64,000 bases of DNA from Protoeuglena noctilucae (lineage: Eukaryota): NCBI GenBank assembly GCA_958009085.1, contig OY253678.1:682001-746000 (forward strand), in the 5' to 3' direction. Position numbers and translations under genes: made by a program. The notes below the pieces were generated by a model. The model saw only the letters and a list, made by a program, of their open reading frames with translations. It searched no databases and had not been told where the DNA came from. Below, piece by piece: positions 26,389 through 39,375 of this stretch (position 1 is the stretch's first letter; each line of letters opens with the position of its first letter).

Positions 26389-29300
26389 ATGTCGGTCGCT
26401 CCCGGCAAGGGCCGGGAGCGGGAGCTGGAATCGCAGTTGGAAGTGAGAAGCGCACCCTCTGGCGCGACGGGCGGGCCCGTCGGCATGCCATCGGCAGATT
26501 CTGGCTGGTTGTCACCAGGGGTGCCTCCTCCGCTGGGCAGCCCGGGGGCAGGGTCTTGCGACCCCCCTCGCAATCGCCCCACTTGTGCGTCGCAAGTGGC
26601 GACGGCGGGCGCTTTGCGCAGGCGTATGAGTGCTCGCAGGGCGCTGCAGCCTCCGCCGCATCGGGGCAAGGGGGCGAGCTGGAGCCCTAAGGCGGCGGCC
26701 ACCCGATCCCTCCGCAGGACAGCCGCGTGTTGCTTCTCAAGAGCAAGAATGCCATCGAGCAGCTGCAAGTGGAGCTGGACGCATGCCGGCGCAGCGAAGA
26801 GGACCTGCAGGCGCGCCCCATGCTGCCCGGCGTGCGCCGCGGGCGGGCTGTCGCGCTCTCCTTCGATTTCTGACACGTACCACGCATGCGTCCTTTTCAC
26901 TCGCAGCGATTCGCGGGCCAGGCTTCGGCGCAGCTGCAGCAGGAGATGGGGCGCGTGGCTGCGCTGGAAGTGGACGTGAAGAACTTGCAGCAGCAGCGGC
27001 GGGAGCTCGAGGCCGACGTGCGCGAGCGCGACGAGGCTCTGCGGGCACGCGCGAGCGAGGTGGAGGGCGTCGTGAACAGCCTCGCGGTGCTGGAGGGGCG
27101 CCTCAAGGCCTCAGAGCGCGAGCGCGAGGACCTCGCCGCAAGGTGCCGGGGCGGCGCGGCTGAGTCAGGGCGCCTCTGCGGGCTACAGGACGGTCGGGCG
27201 TCTCGTCGGCCACTGGGCGCGAGCGACAGGACCGGTTGCTTGTCGCGCGCAGGTGTGACTCCCTGACCCAGGACGTCCAGGACCGGGACCGTAGGATCGC
27301 GGGGCTGCAGGAGGCGCTCGCGCAGGAGCGGGCGGAGGTGGAGGCGCTGGAGAGGGCGCTGCAGGAGCGGTCGCGGAGCGCGGAGGACGCCCAGCGGGAG
27401 CGGGACGCCCTGAGCGGCCGGGTGCAGGGCCTCGAGGCATCGCTGAGGGACGCCCGTGCGGCTGCGGAGGAGGCGGTGGCGCAGGCGACGCGGGACCGGC
27501 AGCGGGCGCGGGACGAGGCGGAGGCGGCCGAGGCGCGGCATGCGAGGGAGATGGAGCGGAGCGCCGAGCAGGCGGCGCTGCGGGTGCAGGCGCTTCAGGG
27601 CGAGCTGGAGATGCGGGAGATGGCGCTGGAGGAGGCGCGACGGGAGCTGCGCGAGGAGAAGGAGGCGGGGGCGGAGCGGGTCAAGTCCCGCCTGGCAGAG
27701 GCCGCGGCGGCCCTGCAGGAGCAGCGGCGCGAGGCAGACCGGCGCATCCAGGGCGAGTCGTGGGGCTGGGCCTGGCCGGGCCGGCGCGTGGCTGCCGCTG
27801 CGACTATGACCCACCCACGTTGCGTGCGTGTTCCACTGCAGAGCTGAAGGAGGAGAACGAGGACCTGCGCACGCGGTCCCGTGAGGCGGAGACGCGTCAC
27901 CGCGAGGAGCTGCAGGAGTCGCTGGCCCAGCAGCGTCGGGCCCAGGAGGACCGGGGCCGGGAAGCGGAGGCGCAGTGGCAGGAGATGGTGGGGCAGCGGG
28001 AGGCGGCGCACAAGGCGACGCTCGAGGCACTGCAGGAGAAGATGACCACGGCGCAGGCGCAGCACCGGCAGGAGGTGGCGGCGCTGACGGAGCGGGCGCA
28101 GGAGCGGGAGTCGGAGCACCGCGAGGCCCTGGCCCAAGCGCGGCAGGAGGCTGCGGGGCGGCTGCGTGACCGTGAGGCGGAGCTGCAGGGGCGGCTGGAG
28201 GAGGCGCAGCGGCGGGCGGAGGAGGACAAGGCGCAGCTGCGAGCGCAGGCGCAGGAGGCGGAGGAGGCGTGGGCCGCGAGGGTGGAGCGCCTGCGCGGGG
28301 AGTTTGCGGCGGCGGCCGAGCGTCTCGAGGAGCAGCTGAGGTCGCGGGCGGTGGAGGCGGAGGAGATGGCGGCGGAGCACGCGCGGCGCCGGGAGGAGGA
28401 GCTGCAGGAGCGGTACGTGGCGAGGGCGGAGGCCGAGCGGGAGGCGGTCGAGGAGCGCGTGCGGGCGCTGATGCAGGGGCTGGAGGAGATCGCGGAGCAG
28501 CAGAAGAAGAGAGAGCGCAAGAGGCAGGCGCTGCAGGAGGAGATCGCGGAACTGAAGACGAACTTCGAGGTGCGCGGCGGTGCTGGTGGCCGGACCGGTC
28601 GGGTGGTAGGTACGGAAACCGTCAGGGCGGCAGACGGTGCCCGGCATGCACAACACCCCCAACATGCCCACCGGGCTCCGCGGCGCGCCTTGCTACCCCT
28701 GTGATCCTCTCCTGCCCCGCAGAAGGAGCACACGCGCCGCCGCCAGGTGGAGCGCGCGCTGCGTGACGCCGCGGCGGTGTTCAAGCGTGAGATGTGGGAG
28801 AAGAACGAGGAGCTCCACAACATCCAGGTCGAGCTGCGCCAGCTGAGGTGAGGGAGCTGGCTCCCACGACGGGAGCTGGCGCCCTGTGGAATGGTGGGCG
28901 CTGCCCCATAGACTGCACGGCACACTCGCTTGTCTCGTCTCCCTGACCCTGCAGGGACTGGCAGACCAAGTCCCTCGAGTCCTTTATCCACAACATCTAC
29001 CATATCTCCAGCCAACAGACCATGGCGGCCTTGGGAGGCCCCATTCCCGCGGCGCTGCCGGCAAGCCCAGCACGCCCTGCTGCCGCGTGAGCTGCCAAGC
29101 CACATCCCTCTGGCCCATGTTTGCTTACAACATGAGGACCGACAAGCCTGCGTCTGTCCAACTTGTCCAGTGCTGATGGGACACCTAAGAGGGGTGTCAT
29201 CCTTCCCCACGCATCTCTGCTTGCAGTCCCTCCGCGCTCTCGCCGCCCCGGCATGGCCTCTCCTTCCGCAGCAACGGCACGCCCGTGCAAGCGTCCCTGG

Positions 29301-29566
29301 CCAAGACGGATCCCCTGGGGCAGTGGCACAAGTGAGCCACGGCCGCGCACAGCGCTGGGTCGCGGCGGATGCAGGAGGCGCGCATGTCGTGTGCTGCGTG
29401 CGACATGAAGACCGCATCGCCGCACGCGTGCTTCGACCTCCCCCGCAGTGAGGTGATTGCACGCCTACAGAAGCTCGAGACACAGGTGGCGGGCGTGGCG
29501 GCCCGGCCCTGGGGGACGCTGGAGGGATTCGGTAGGGATGGCAACGAGGCCGCCGCTACCGCGTAA
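26389..29566 (+). CDS. Long coiled-coil protein
   Basis: Multiple exons of E/A/R/Q-rich heptad sequence (ORFs 26886-27266, 27236-27847, 27760-28704). Last exon 'EVIARLQKLETQVAG...AAATA*'. Confidence 0.75.
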
Positions 29567-29832
29567 CCGGCCCAGGCACATCTAGGCACAGCCCAGATGT
29601 GGCCATGGAGAAACTTCACTGATTCGTGTTGTCTTTGTTCCAGTAGTAATTCTGGCACGCAGGCGGCCGAATCGCCGCGGCGCAATCGCTTTCGCACATC
29701 GTGTGATCCATGATCCATCTCCAGCGCAGCTCCGTTCAAACCAGAGAGAGCTGCTCGTGCGTCCGTGATCGTTGCGACATAAGGCGCCTGCCCGTCCAAA
29801 GCCATGTCGATAGACACTCCACCCAATCCGAT

Positions 29833-32624
29833 TCATCTTCGGTACCCTCGGCCTCGCCTCGAAAAGCCCATCCCACGCACGGGCGGACCGCCCCTGAAGT
29901 CGCCCGGCATTGACCCCGGCCCCGGGAACGGCTTCCCCGGACCGTGCATGCCAGGCTGTGGGAACGGTGGGCCGAACCCCGGAGGCCCCATCCCTGGCCG
30001 AGGGCCCGGCATCCCAAACGGACCCCCTACGCCTGGCCCCCCCATGCCCATCCTGTGCATGCCCCCCGGCCCCCCCGGCATGCCCATGTGCCCCATACCG
30101 TTGGGCCCCATCGGCCCCATCCCTGGCCCACCCATCGCCATCGGAGGCCCTGGCATGGGCCCCCCCGGCATCACACCGACAAACGGAGGCCGCTCCATCT
30201 GACCCATCATCCCCATACCCCCATTGAACCCCATAGGCTGCGCCATGGGTGCCGCGTGGCCCTCTCTCCCCCAGCCTTGAGAGACCACGCCGTTCGGGGC
30301 AACCCCCGGCCCCACCCACGCCCCGTTCCCCATTTGCATGGCCTGCGGACCTGCCATCCCCGCCGGCCCTGCATTGGCCCAGGCCGCCGGCACTACTCCC
30401 TGCATGCTTGCCATCTCAGGTGCCATCGCCCCCTGCATCCCAGGTGGCCCGGGCAAGGCTGGCATCCCAGGCATGCCAGGCATTCCCTGCCCCGCAGCCA
30501 ACGGTTGGGGCGGTGGGAAGAGTGGCGGTGGCAGCTCCACGGGCTGGCTGGCCGCCGCACCCGCCCCACCGCCGCTTGCCGGCGGCCCTCCCACCCCCAG
30601 GTCTGGCTCTGGGCCATCCTCGGGCAGGGGCGGCGGCTCGGTCGCCGGTGCGGTCGACCCAGCATGGAGCAGCCTGGCGATGGCTGCCTTGCGCCTAGCC
30701 TTGTCATCGTCGGGGAGCGCGCCACCCCGGGACGCGGCCTTCACGGGCGTGCCCTGGGCTGCAGCTGCGGCCTGGCCCGGCGCCGCCCGCGCCTCCGTCG
30801 CTTGCTGCGAAGGCCGCGAGTCCAGGTCCGTCCCCACCGCCGAGCGCCGCCGGGACGCGGCAGACGAGGTCAACTGGGGGGTACCCTCGCTCAAGTCACT
30901 GCGTGGGGAGGAAGCAGCCGGGGTTGGGCGAGAGAAATGAGAGACTGCTGTAAACGATAACACTGGCACAGCACTCCGGGAGGCCGCCAGGTGTCATGAC
31001 ATGGAGGCACATCGACCCCGAGACTTGCGTCAGGGAAGCATGCACGGTTGAGCAGCAGCCGCCCTCACTCGAGGCCCAGGGGCGAGTCCAGCTCGGATTG
31101 GAAGCCGAAAGAGTCAGACAGGCTGCGCTTGGGGGCCTTGAGCAAGTGATCCGGCGGCGAGTGAGGGCGTGTTGCGAGCGATCGCTTCTGACCCACGCCG
31201 TCCGCTCTGGCCCATGGCGACGAGTCCTCCTCGTCCTCGGTCCCTTGGCTCGCCGTCTCGCGGACGGTAGCGGTGCCGCTGGGCTGGGGCGGGTACTCAC
31301 AGGGACGGCCAGACCAGTCCAAGCCCGCCATCCCACCGAGGAAGCCCCCGGGGCGCGACCACGTGCCGTCCTGCACACTCGCTGCAAGAAAGGGAGGGCG
31401 GGAACTGCTTGGCGACACCCACTGCAAACTCGCTCGGGTCACACATGCAGTGACAGCGGGCGCTGGTGAGGGACCCCACAGCACTCGGTAGAAGTGTCAC
31501 CTACTACCCCGTGCTCGCCCATCCACCCCGGCTGGTCGCGTCCCAGGATCCACAACGCGTTGCGTGGGTGGGAGGTGAAGGGACCTGCCGAGAGGGCCAC
31601 GACCTCCTGGCCCTCCCGCGTCAGTCGCAGCCCTCGGTTCAGGAGCATGGCCACGTTGCCCTCGGAAAGCATCGTCTCGTCTGCGGGGGCCAGAGACAAG
31701 CGGCGCGCTGAGGGGCGGACACAGTAGACTATGCGGGGAGACGTGTCATGGGGATGCAGAGGCGGTGGTGATGGGGGCCAGCACCCTCGCAGCGCCGACG
31801 CAGAGCGCAGGCAGCAGTCACCTGGCCCAGCGGGCAGGTCGGCGTGGGTGTTGACGCGGCGGTCGGACCACACGAGGCGCGCCCCGCTGACGAGCGCGCC
31901 GTTCGAGGGCCCCGACCCCGCGGCCTTGCCCCCGCCGTGCGCTGCGACAATCTGGGCCCGCGCGGTCGCAAGGGCCTTGCGTAGGGCGGTGGGGTCGCAG
32001 GTGCCGAGCGCCGCCCAGGACTCAGCCTTCTGCTGCAACAGCTCCGTCAGAGACCCGGACATGGCCACGGACGGGGCGGCCTTCGTGAGGCACTCCAGCA
32101 CCAAGGCGGGGTACAGGGCGCGCGCGGCTCCGTCCGGACCGGTGTTTTGGAGCCGGGCGTCGGCCTGCATGGCAGTGGGCAGTGCTTGCGCTCAGCGGAC
32201 GAGCGAGAGGTCGAGGACGGGGTGCGTGGGCAAACCATGGGCTCACCTGCGCGGCGGAGCTGGCGCGCATGATGCCGTCCAAGAGATGGACAAGACTCCG
32301 GCGAACGAAGACGACGTTCTGCGCCGACAGGTTCGCGCTGGGGCTCCGCAGGGCCTTCACGATGGTATCGATGACCGCAGCCCCGAAGCCAGGAACGTGC
32401 GAATACTCTATTGCCGCGCGGACGGCATACTTGACGGCGTTGCGATCTTGCGTGGCCAATTGCAGCGTGTTCTGCAGGACGACGACGGGGCGGTCGATGA
32501 CGCTGGCGGTCCGCAGCAGTCTGTGGCGGTTTGCGGAGGCTCAGCCCCGTACGGGAATGTCCGGCTTCATCGTGACCCGACGCTGGCCTTGCATCACCTG
32601 GAATTTGGCAAACTCGGTGCTCAT
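29833..32624 (-). CDS. CID (RNA Pol II CTD-interacting)-like domain protein with Pro/Gly/Met-rich low-complexity tail (HUA2/RPRD-like)
   Basis: 'MSTEFAKFQ|NTLQLATQDRNAVKYAVRAAIE...VIDTIVKAL...RRSLVHLLDGIMRAS...YPALV' resembles the CID helical bundle. C-terminal PGPMGM/RGRG region. Confidence 0.6.
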
Positions 32625-33500
32625 ACCCGAGGACGGGGGGCCTGGCGCGCTCGGGCCCGAAGAGAGCGCCGAGCGCGCCAGGAGTTGGGTCGAGTCCACC
32701 ATCGCCCATGTGTCGCCTCACAAATTCGAAGTCCCACGCTCGTCTTCGGCCCGGTTCAGCCATGTGGGACTGTCAAGGGTCTCCCCCAGTCTTGCATCGC
32801 CCCCGCTTGTGGCGATCCAGCAACGGATGGAGGCATTCGCGGCGCCGTGGCTTCTGACGCTGATCGGCTTCGTTCTCGGGAGGTGTGCTCGGGCGAGGGT
32901 CGTCGCCGATCGCGCGAATGCTGCCAAAACGCTGACCTGCTTTGTGATTTTCGAAATTGTTGCGTGCAACTAGCGACGGGGGGCACAGGCTCCCTCCTCG
33001 CGAGCGCGCCAGGTGGTCGCTCCCCACCGCAAGCATCCAGGTCCGCGACTCGCCCTCCTCGCTCCCCGCAGGCAAAGCGTTCGTCAGTACGCGAGGACTC
33101 GTGTGCAGCGGACCCGTGGGAACAGGTGCGCGGCGCTGGCAACGACCACAGGGCCCGCAGTCTGCATCTCCGCTGGCAATGCTCGATCGCGCGGGCACGG
33201 GGACGCCCGATTCGCACTTTCAACCTCCAACGCCCTGAGCTTGCCTCTCCTGCCCGACAAGGCGCCTCATCCAAGCAGCATCGGGGCGCTCCCGCCCCTG
33301 CAAGCGAGCAGGCGCATCTGCTGGGCAGATGCCGGCCCAGCGAGCGCGCCGGGCCTCCCCGCGCGTGGTCTCCGCGTGCGTTAGGCAACGATACCTCGCT
33401 TTGCTAACCTCGTGCAGCGGCTGCGCCAACTCCGGCCCCTCCCGCGCCCATGCAGGCACTGGCGTTGTCGCGCGGTCCAGGGAGCGCTAGGCCGGCGGGG

Positions 33501-34785
33501 ATGAGCCAGTTCGAGAAGGTGTTGGGGTATATGAATGTGACGGTGGTGGAGGCGTACGGGCGCACGAAGGTGCGGGCGCGCGCGCGCCTCGGGCTGGGGA
33601 TGGTGCGAGGTCCCGCCCTGGGTCGCGCAGTGAGGCACCTCGCTCGCTCCGCAGGACCGGACTGTCGTCTGGGATGAGGAGCCGTTCCAGGGATTCGTCA
33701 AGGTCGAGATCCGCGGGGGCCCGCGGAATGTCAAGCACAAGACCAACCTCGGTGCGGCAGAGGGCGCCACTCTGGGGCGGCCCCTGCGCGGTGCTGCCCT
33801 GCGCGACGCCGCCTCCTCCCGCCGCCACGCGCAGTGCCGTGCTCCAACGGTCGCCTCGTGTGGAACAAGACGGTCAAGCTGGAGGTGCTGAGCGGGGCCA
33901 AGGAGCTCCGCGTCATCGTCTGCAAGGTCCGCAACGACGCGCCCCGCGCGGGCACCGCCGGCACCTCGGTCGTCGCGGCGTGCGGCCTCTATGTCAAGGA
34001 CGTGCTCCAGTGCGTCCCGATCGACAAGTACTTCGAGCTGTTCAAGCCTCACCAGGTGCGCTGAGCATGCGAGGTACCTTTCGTGGGCAGAAATGCCTCT
34101 CCATACAAGGGGCGACCGCTCCGCGTGGGTTGCCGAGTTTGCGTGCGGACATATGTGCGGATCGTGATGGCGTACCCTGCGCCGACCTGAAACGGCTGGT
34201 CGTGTTGTTGCAGGGTGGCCCGGGGGGCTTCGTTCGCGTCAAGCTCGAGTTTACGACGGGAGACACGGGCGCCGCCATCACGGACGCCACGGAGGCGTCG
34301 AACGTGTCTGGCACTGACATGGCGCACAGCCGCCAGGTACGACGCAGGCTGGGGTCACGAGCCAAGTCAGCCGCGCTATGCGAGGCGTCTGTTGCTTGCG
34401 TGAACACGTCCTTGGCGCGGTTGTCGCCCCTCTGCGCTCAATCCTCCTGCCCATGGGTGGTGGCAGAGATGTGCGATCGCTGCGTGGGTGCAGGACGTGA
34501 GCTCGCGTGCTGACAAGAAGAAGAAGGAGGGCGGCGGTGGCGGGCCCCTCGGCGGCCTCCTGAAGCTCGTCCTGCTGAGCGGCGTCGTGGCCGGGGGAGG
34601 TCAGTGCGTGCGGGGGGTTGTCGTGATGCGCCGCGCCCTGCCCAGCCTCGGGGCGCTCGCAGCCCCGGGCCTTGCCGACGGCTCTCTGACGGTTGGCATT
34701 CTCCCTGCGGCCTGCAGTGTTCGCCATGCGCAACGAGGGGGTCCAGGAGAGGCTTTCCAAGCTGCGGAGGCGCTTCCAACGATGA
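33501..34785 (+). CDS. C2-domain protein with C-terminal membrane anchor
   Basis: 'LGYMNVTVVEAYG', 'FVKVEI', 'LVWNKTVKL', 'DKYFELF...GGFVRVKLEF' C2 strands. C-terminal 'LGGLLKLVLLSGVVAGG|VFAM' hydrophobic helix followed by a basic tail. Confidence 0.75.
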
Positions 34786-35050
34786 GGGCCTGTCAATGCG
34801 GTGTCGGGCCAAGGCGGCGGGCCCGGGTGGCCCGACAGGCCGGCGGCGCGCGGGGTGAATTTGCGGCTTGCACGGCACAGGGGGCGCGCTCGAACGCTCC
34901 CTGCCTTCGATCGCCTCTTAGGCCAGGCGTGTGCTACGCGCGCATCATCGCGCCAGCTATCGTTCATGCGACCATTCCCTGTGAAAAAAGCACGATTTTG
35001 CAAGTCATGTCATGTTGGGCCCATGGCACGACACGCAACGCCTAGCGCCA

Positions 35051-38000
35051 TCACTTGCACAATGGGATGCTCAGGCCGTCTGCGATGTACGTGTCCATCG
35101 GGCCTTTGCCCTTGACGTCGATCGTCTCGAGCTGGAAGCACTGCCGGACGTGGCTAGGCAGCCGCCAGTAGGTGGCTGCGGACATGCGTATGTGCCCCGG
35201 ACGAGACGAGCTCTCCATACGGCTCGCCGTGTTGAGGGTGTCACCAACCAGCGTCAGGCAGTTCCGCTTAAACCCTAGCGTAGACGCCGCCAGGGGCCCC
35301 GTGTGCACCCCCACTCGGATCCTGCGGGCAGGGGTCGGGTGTAGCCATTCATAGGCAGGGCCGCCCTCATGAGCTTACAGAGTGCAGCGCCCCCCCGTGC
35401 TGCAGTCATCACCTGAGCGTCTGGCGGGGCAAGGAGGTCCCCTCGGAGCTCTGCGTGGTCATGATCTCGCCACCTGTGTCCGAATGAGGCCGCCCTGGGG
35501 ACCTCCGCCCTCCCCGCATGACCTGCACCTCATGCGCAGGGACGTTTCCCTGACAACTCCGCCAGAGCAGCTCAGACACCACCGAACGAGCTGGGCTGCG
35601 GCTGGCAACGCGAGTCCCGTGCTCCATCTGAGCGACATGTGAACCTCACCCCGGGGCTCCTGTGCAGCCCAGCAACCCTGGAGTGCGCTGTGTCGGTGTC
35701 TGTGTGAACCCAGGGGCCCGCCGAACCTTCGGCGTCCTCCTCCTCCTCCCCGGCGACTGCGTTGGCGCTCGACCTCGTCCGGCGCCTCCCTCGGGGCCCC
35801 TCCACGTCCCCCAGGCTGCTGTGCCTCCCTCGCCGGGCATCCGACAGCTGGGGCATGTGGACTGATGTGGCGACCTGCACCATGGCGTGCGCCGTCCTGC
35901 GTGGCAAGGCATTTCTGTACTTGTGTTGTGGACAAACTCTGTTCAACTCAACTGTGTTGAAAATCCCATGAAAGAAGCTCTCTCACCGTACGGCGGTCAG
36001 GGCGTCGTCCACCGATGGGTTCGGGTAGCCAGCCACGACGACGTAAGCGTCTCCCACCGTCTGCGGGACGAGAGACCAGCGACACCGGTCCTCAGCAGCC
36101 GTGGCACGAGCCGCGAGAGGCGCTGCCCCCCTGTATCACGGATCATCACCTGGTACTTGAACGTCCCTGCCAGGTCCATCAGGGCGTCTAACTTGGTGAA
36201 GTACTCTGCGAGAATGAGAGGATGGCGAGGCTAGCATCGTCACAGGTGGAGTAAGCGCGGGTCTGAGAAGCGTTCAGGGCACGCGGGTGCATTGCACGCC
36301 CCACGTCATCGTCACCGTGCAGCATCTTCAGGACCTTAACGGGCGGGAGAGTGAACGACATGGCAGTGTACCCCACGATGTCGGTGAAGACGACCGTCAC
36401 AGTCTCGAGGGTCCGCATGTATGGCAAGCGGGGGACCACGACGGACCTGCCACCAGGGCTCCAGTTGGCGTGTATGAGCTGGGGCGTGCCCAGAGACGAC
36501 CCCAGACTGGCGGCGCTGATCTCGACAACGTCGCCTTCCTCCCTGGGGACGCCTGCGTTTTGGACACCGGCACCGGCACCGCCTTCTGGCAGCGCCATCA
36601 GAACGCCAGCCTCGCTCCTGGCACCCACAGCCCTCCGGCCTGAACCACCCTCGCTTCCCATGGCCCGGTCCACGGACCTCCTGCGCCTCACTTCCCTCGC
36701 GCTGAGACTCTCAGCCGTCTGCACAGCCGCAACCGCCCCCGCCGCACCCTTGGCCCTGCTGCTCGTGAAGCTGCCCCGGGCGGGCCCCTGAAACGTGAAC
36801 AGCGGCCGAATGGAGCCCGCTCGACTCGCCGCGTCCTGCGGACAGGCGAGGGTGTGTGGCATGGCAAACCCGGGGCTGCGGTCACAAGGGGCTGCCACGA
36901 GGTCTGCCTTAGCAGCACCCCCAGTTGCCTCTGACGCACCTTGGCAGGCGTCTCCTGCGCCACGCGTCCCGCATAGTTGCTTTCATGGAGGAAAGCGGCG
37001 GGGATGCGACTCTTCATGGCCCTGTGGGACAAATACGCCAGCGCGCATGTTTGCATCTGTCACTCTTGCCGCATGTCACAGCAGCTCTCCCAGGGCACAT
37101 CCTCGGCATGCACCGACGCACCTCTGGATGAGCGTTTCTGCTACGTCTGTCGTCACCGCCTCCTGCAACTCGGCGTCTAGAAGTCGAATCTGCACCTCCA
37201 TCGTGTACCGAATCATCATCACTGTGAGGGTGACCAAAGGGTGTGTCGGGCTCCCACAATCTTTTATAAGGACTCTTGTATCCGAGCTTGGTGACGTTGA
37301 CATCCAAGAACTCTCACCGACGACCACCATCACGGCGAGGCTCGCGGAGCTCCCCAGGGACACCCCGCACACGGCGCAGGCGACGAGGGCGAGGAGGGAC
37401 CCACACAGGACGGTAGAGACGGCAGCCCTGCGGTGGAAACGCATCAGGGCGAGAAGCCTGTGACGTACTGTGCGTGCCAGAGCGAAAGCGGAACCTCGCT
37501 GCTGCTGTGACATGCCTGCCTCACCTGAGCCACCCGACGGAAGAAGGCACCAGGGACCGCAGGAGCAAGGCGAAGCGCGTAACCCCGGAGGTGCCTTTGC
37601 GCCCGAGCAGCCACGCAGGTCGGATGGCCACAATCATGAGGCCCACGAACAGGGGCTCGACGACCAGCGTCAGTGGGATGGCGGGGCCATAGCGGAAAGC
37701 CCCGTGGGCCTCGAGGTCAAAGCACGCCGCCGCCACGCGCCACTGCCCTGCCACCGACAGCGCGGATGCCGCGGCACGTGCCCTGGTGGCCACGCCAACG
37801 GCGACCCAGGACGGTACCATGGCGTCTGAGGTTGCCACGACCGTAAACGCGATCCCCACTGCATAGGCAATCAGGCGCTCCACCTCCCTGTATGCCCTGT
37901 CGTCCGTGCCCGTTGATTGCAGGGCTTGTAGCTCCGCGGGGGTAGCGACAAGGACTCTGGATGCCTGGACGCTGTCGGCCAGGGAGAAGAGGACCCAGAC

Positions 38001-38670
38001 GGTGGCGGCGATGCCGGGGCAGTGGCGCAGGGTGCCCTTGCGGGTTGCTGGGAGGGAGAGGCCCAGTGCAACTAGGGCAAAGCCGCCGAGGCACGCGAGC
38101 ATGAGGATGCTGGGGACCTGGCACCACCAGTCCCGGACATCAGAGCTCGCACATGAAAACGTACTCAAAGACGTGTCCAGCCCTGCGATTGGGGACCCGA
38201 CAGATTACGTGAGGTGCGGGGCAGATTTCGAGCCTCGCGCAGGTGCACCCCATCCACTTCGCAAACAGCAAGGATGACATCACTGAAAACGCAGGCTCAC
38301 CTTGCAGCAGGAGAACGCCGCAGAAAATGAACATGATGACGCTGGCGAGGAGAGGGGTGTTGAGTTGCACTGCGGGGTAGCAGGGAACCTGCCAGCTTCA
38401 CCAAGATGCAGTTTATGATACAGTGCATCGGCAAAAGTGACATGGTGCTCATGCCCAGCGTGCCCCGTCAGCCAGTCCCTCACCGCTAAAGGGCAGCATT
38501 CCGTCCACGCGCCGCACGCGCTCTCTCATGGCCACCAGAACCTGGCGAGGGTTCGGGTCCGGCTCTCGACCTTCCTCCGGTGCTACCTTGCGGCGAACGC
38601 GCCCAACACGCGAGCCTGTCAGGGACGATACCTGCAGCAGCCAGGCGGTGGCAAGGTGGTGGCAAGTCAT
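35051..38670 (-). CDS. Multi-transmembrane class III nucleotide (adenylate/guanylate-type) cyclase
   Basis: 'VTVVFTDIVGYTAMS', 'FKYQ|TVGDAYVVVAG', 'IRVGVHTGP', 'VGDTLNTASRMES', 'IDVKGKGPMDTY'. Several hydrophobic helices in the N-terminal exons. Start approximate. Confidence 0.9.
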
Positions 38671-39375
38671 GCATCGGAGATGACTTTGTGCTTTACCAGT
38701 GCATGTTCCTGAATCTCACTATGGAGGCATGGTAGCGGACGGAGCCGGGCCGGCCAGGCTCGGCCTCCGCGTCCAGGGGCGCCACGGCCCCGTCCGACAT
38801 CTTTGTGTCCTGTGGAAGCCGGCAGCGGTCCACCGCGAGAGTGGGATGCACGCTCTGCAACTCGCGAGCCTGCCATTGAGACGTTGCTGCGGACAGAACG
38901 CTGGAAAGCTGTCAGGCGCGCCCTGGGGACCCCGTCGCAGGTCGCAAGGAAAACAGCCGACCTGTCTTCAGGAGGCGACTGGAGGAAGACCCTGCGCCGG
39001 GCAGCGCCATGCTACGAAGATTAGAATGCTGGTGCAGGGCCGCAGAGGTCGGGCCGGGATCCCAGGAGGGAACGCCCACGTGCTGACCCCTCCTCAGGCC
39101 AGCCGGCGCGCGGACAGGAGTTCCACTAGTAACGAATAAAGATGTCTAGCATTTTCAGACAATATGCGCCCTATCGACCGCTAGTTTTGCTCAACGGCGG
39201 TTCATCGAATGGATCGGCATTCGGGGCTCTCGCGCCTTCCGAGCCCCCCTGAGTCGCGCTAGTCCTCGCCCTCGTTTCGATTACGATGCATTCAATTCAT
39301 CGCTAGCAGGACAAGGTCGCTAGCGAGCGGATGGGCACGCCACAGCACACGACACTTCTGGCACCTAGGGCACAC

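Noticed and set aside
27595..29483. Long antisense ORFs (358 and 528 aa), and similar ones at 31731-33407 and 42846-44063
   Set aside because: Shadow ORFs expected from high GC content and codon bias opposite real genes; no motifs.
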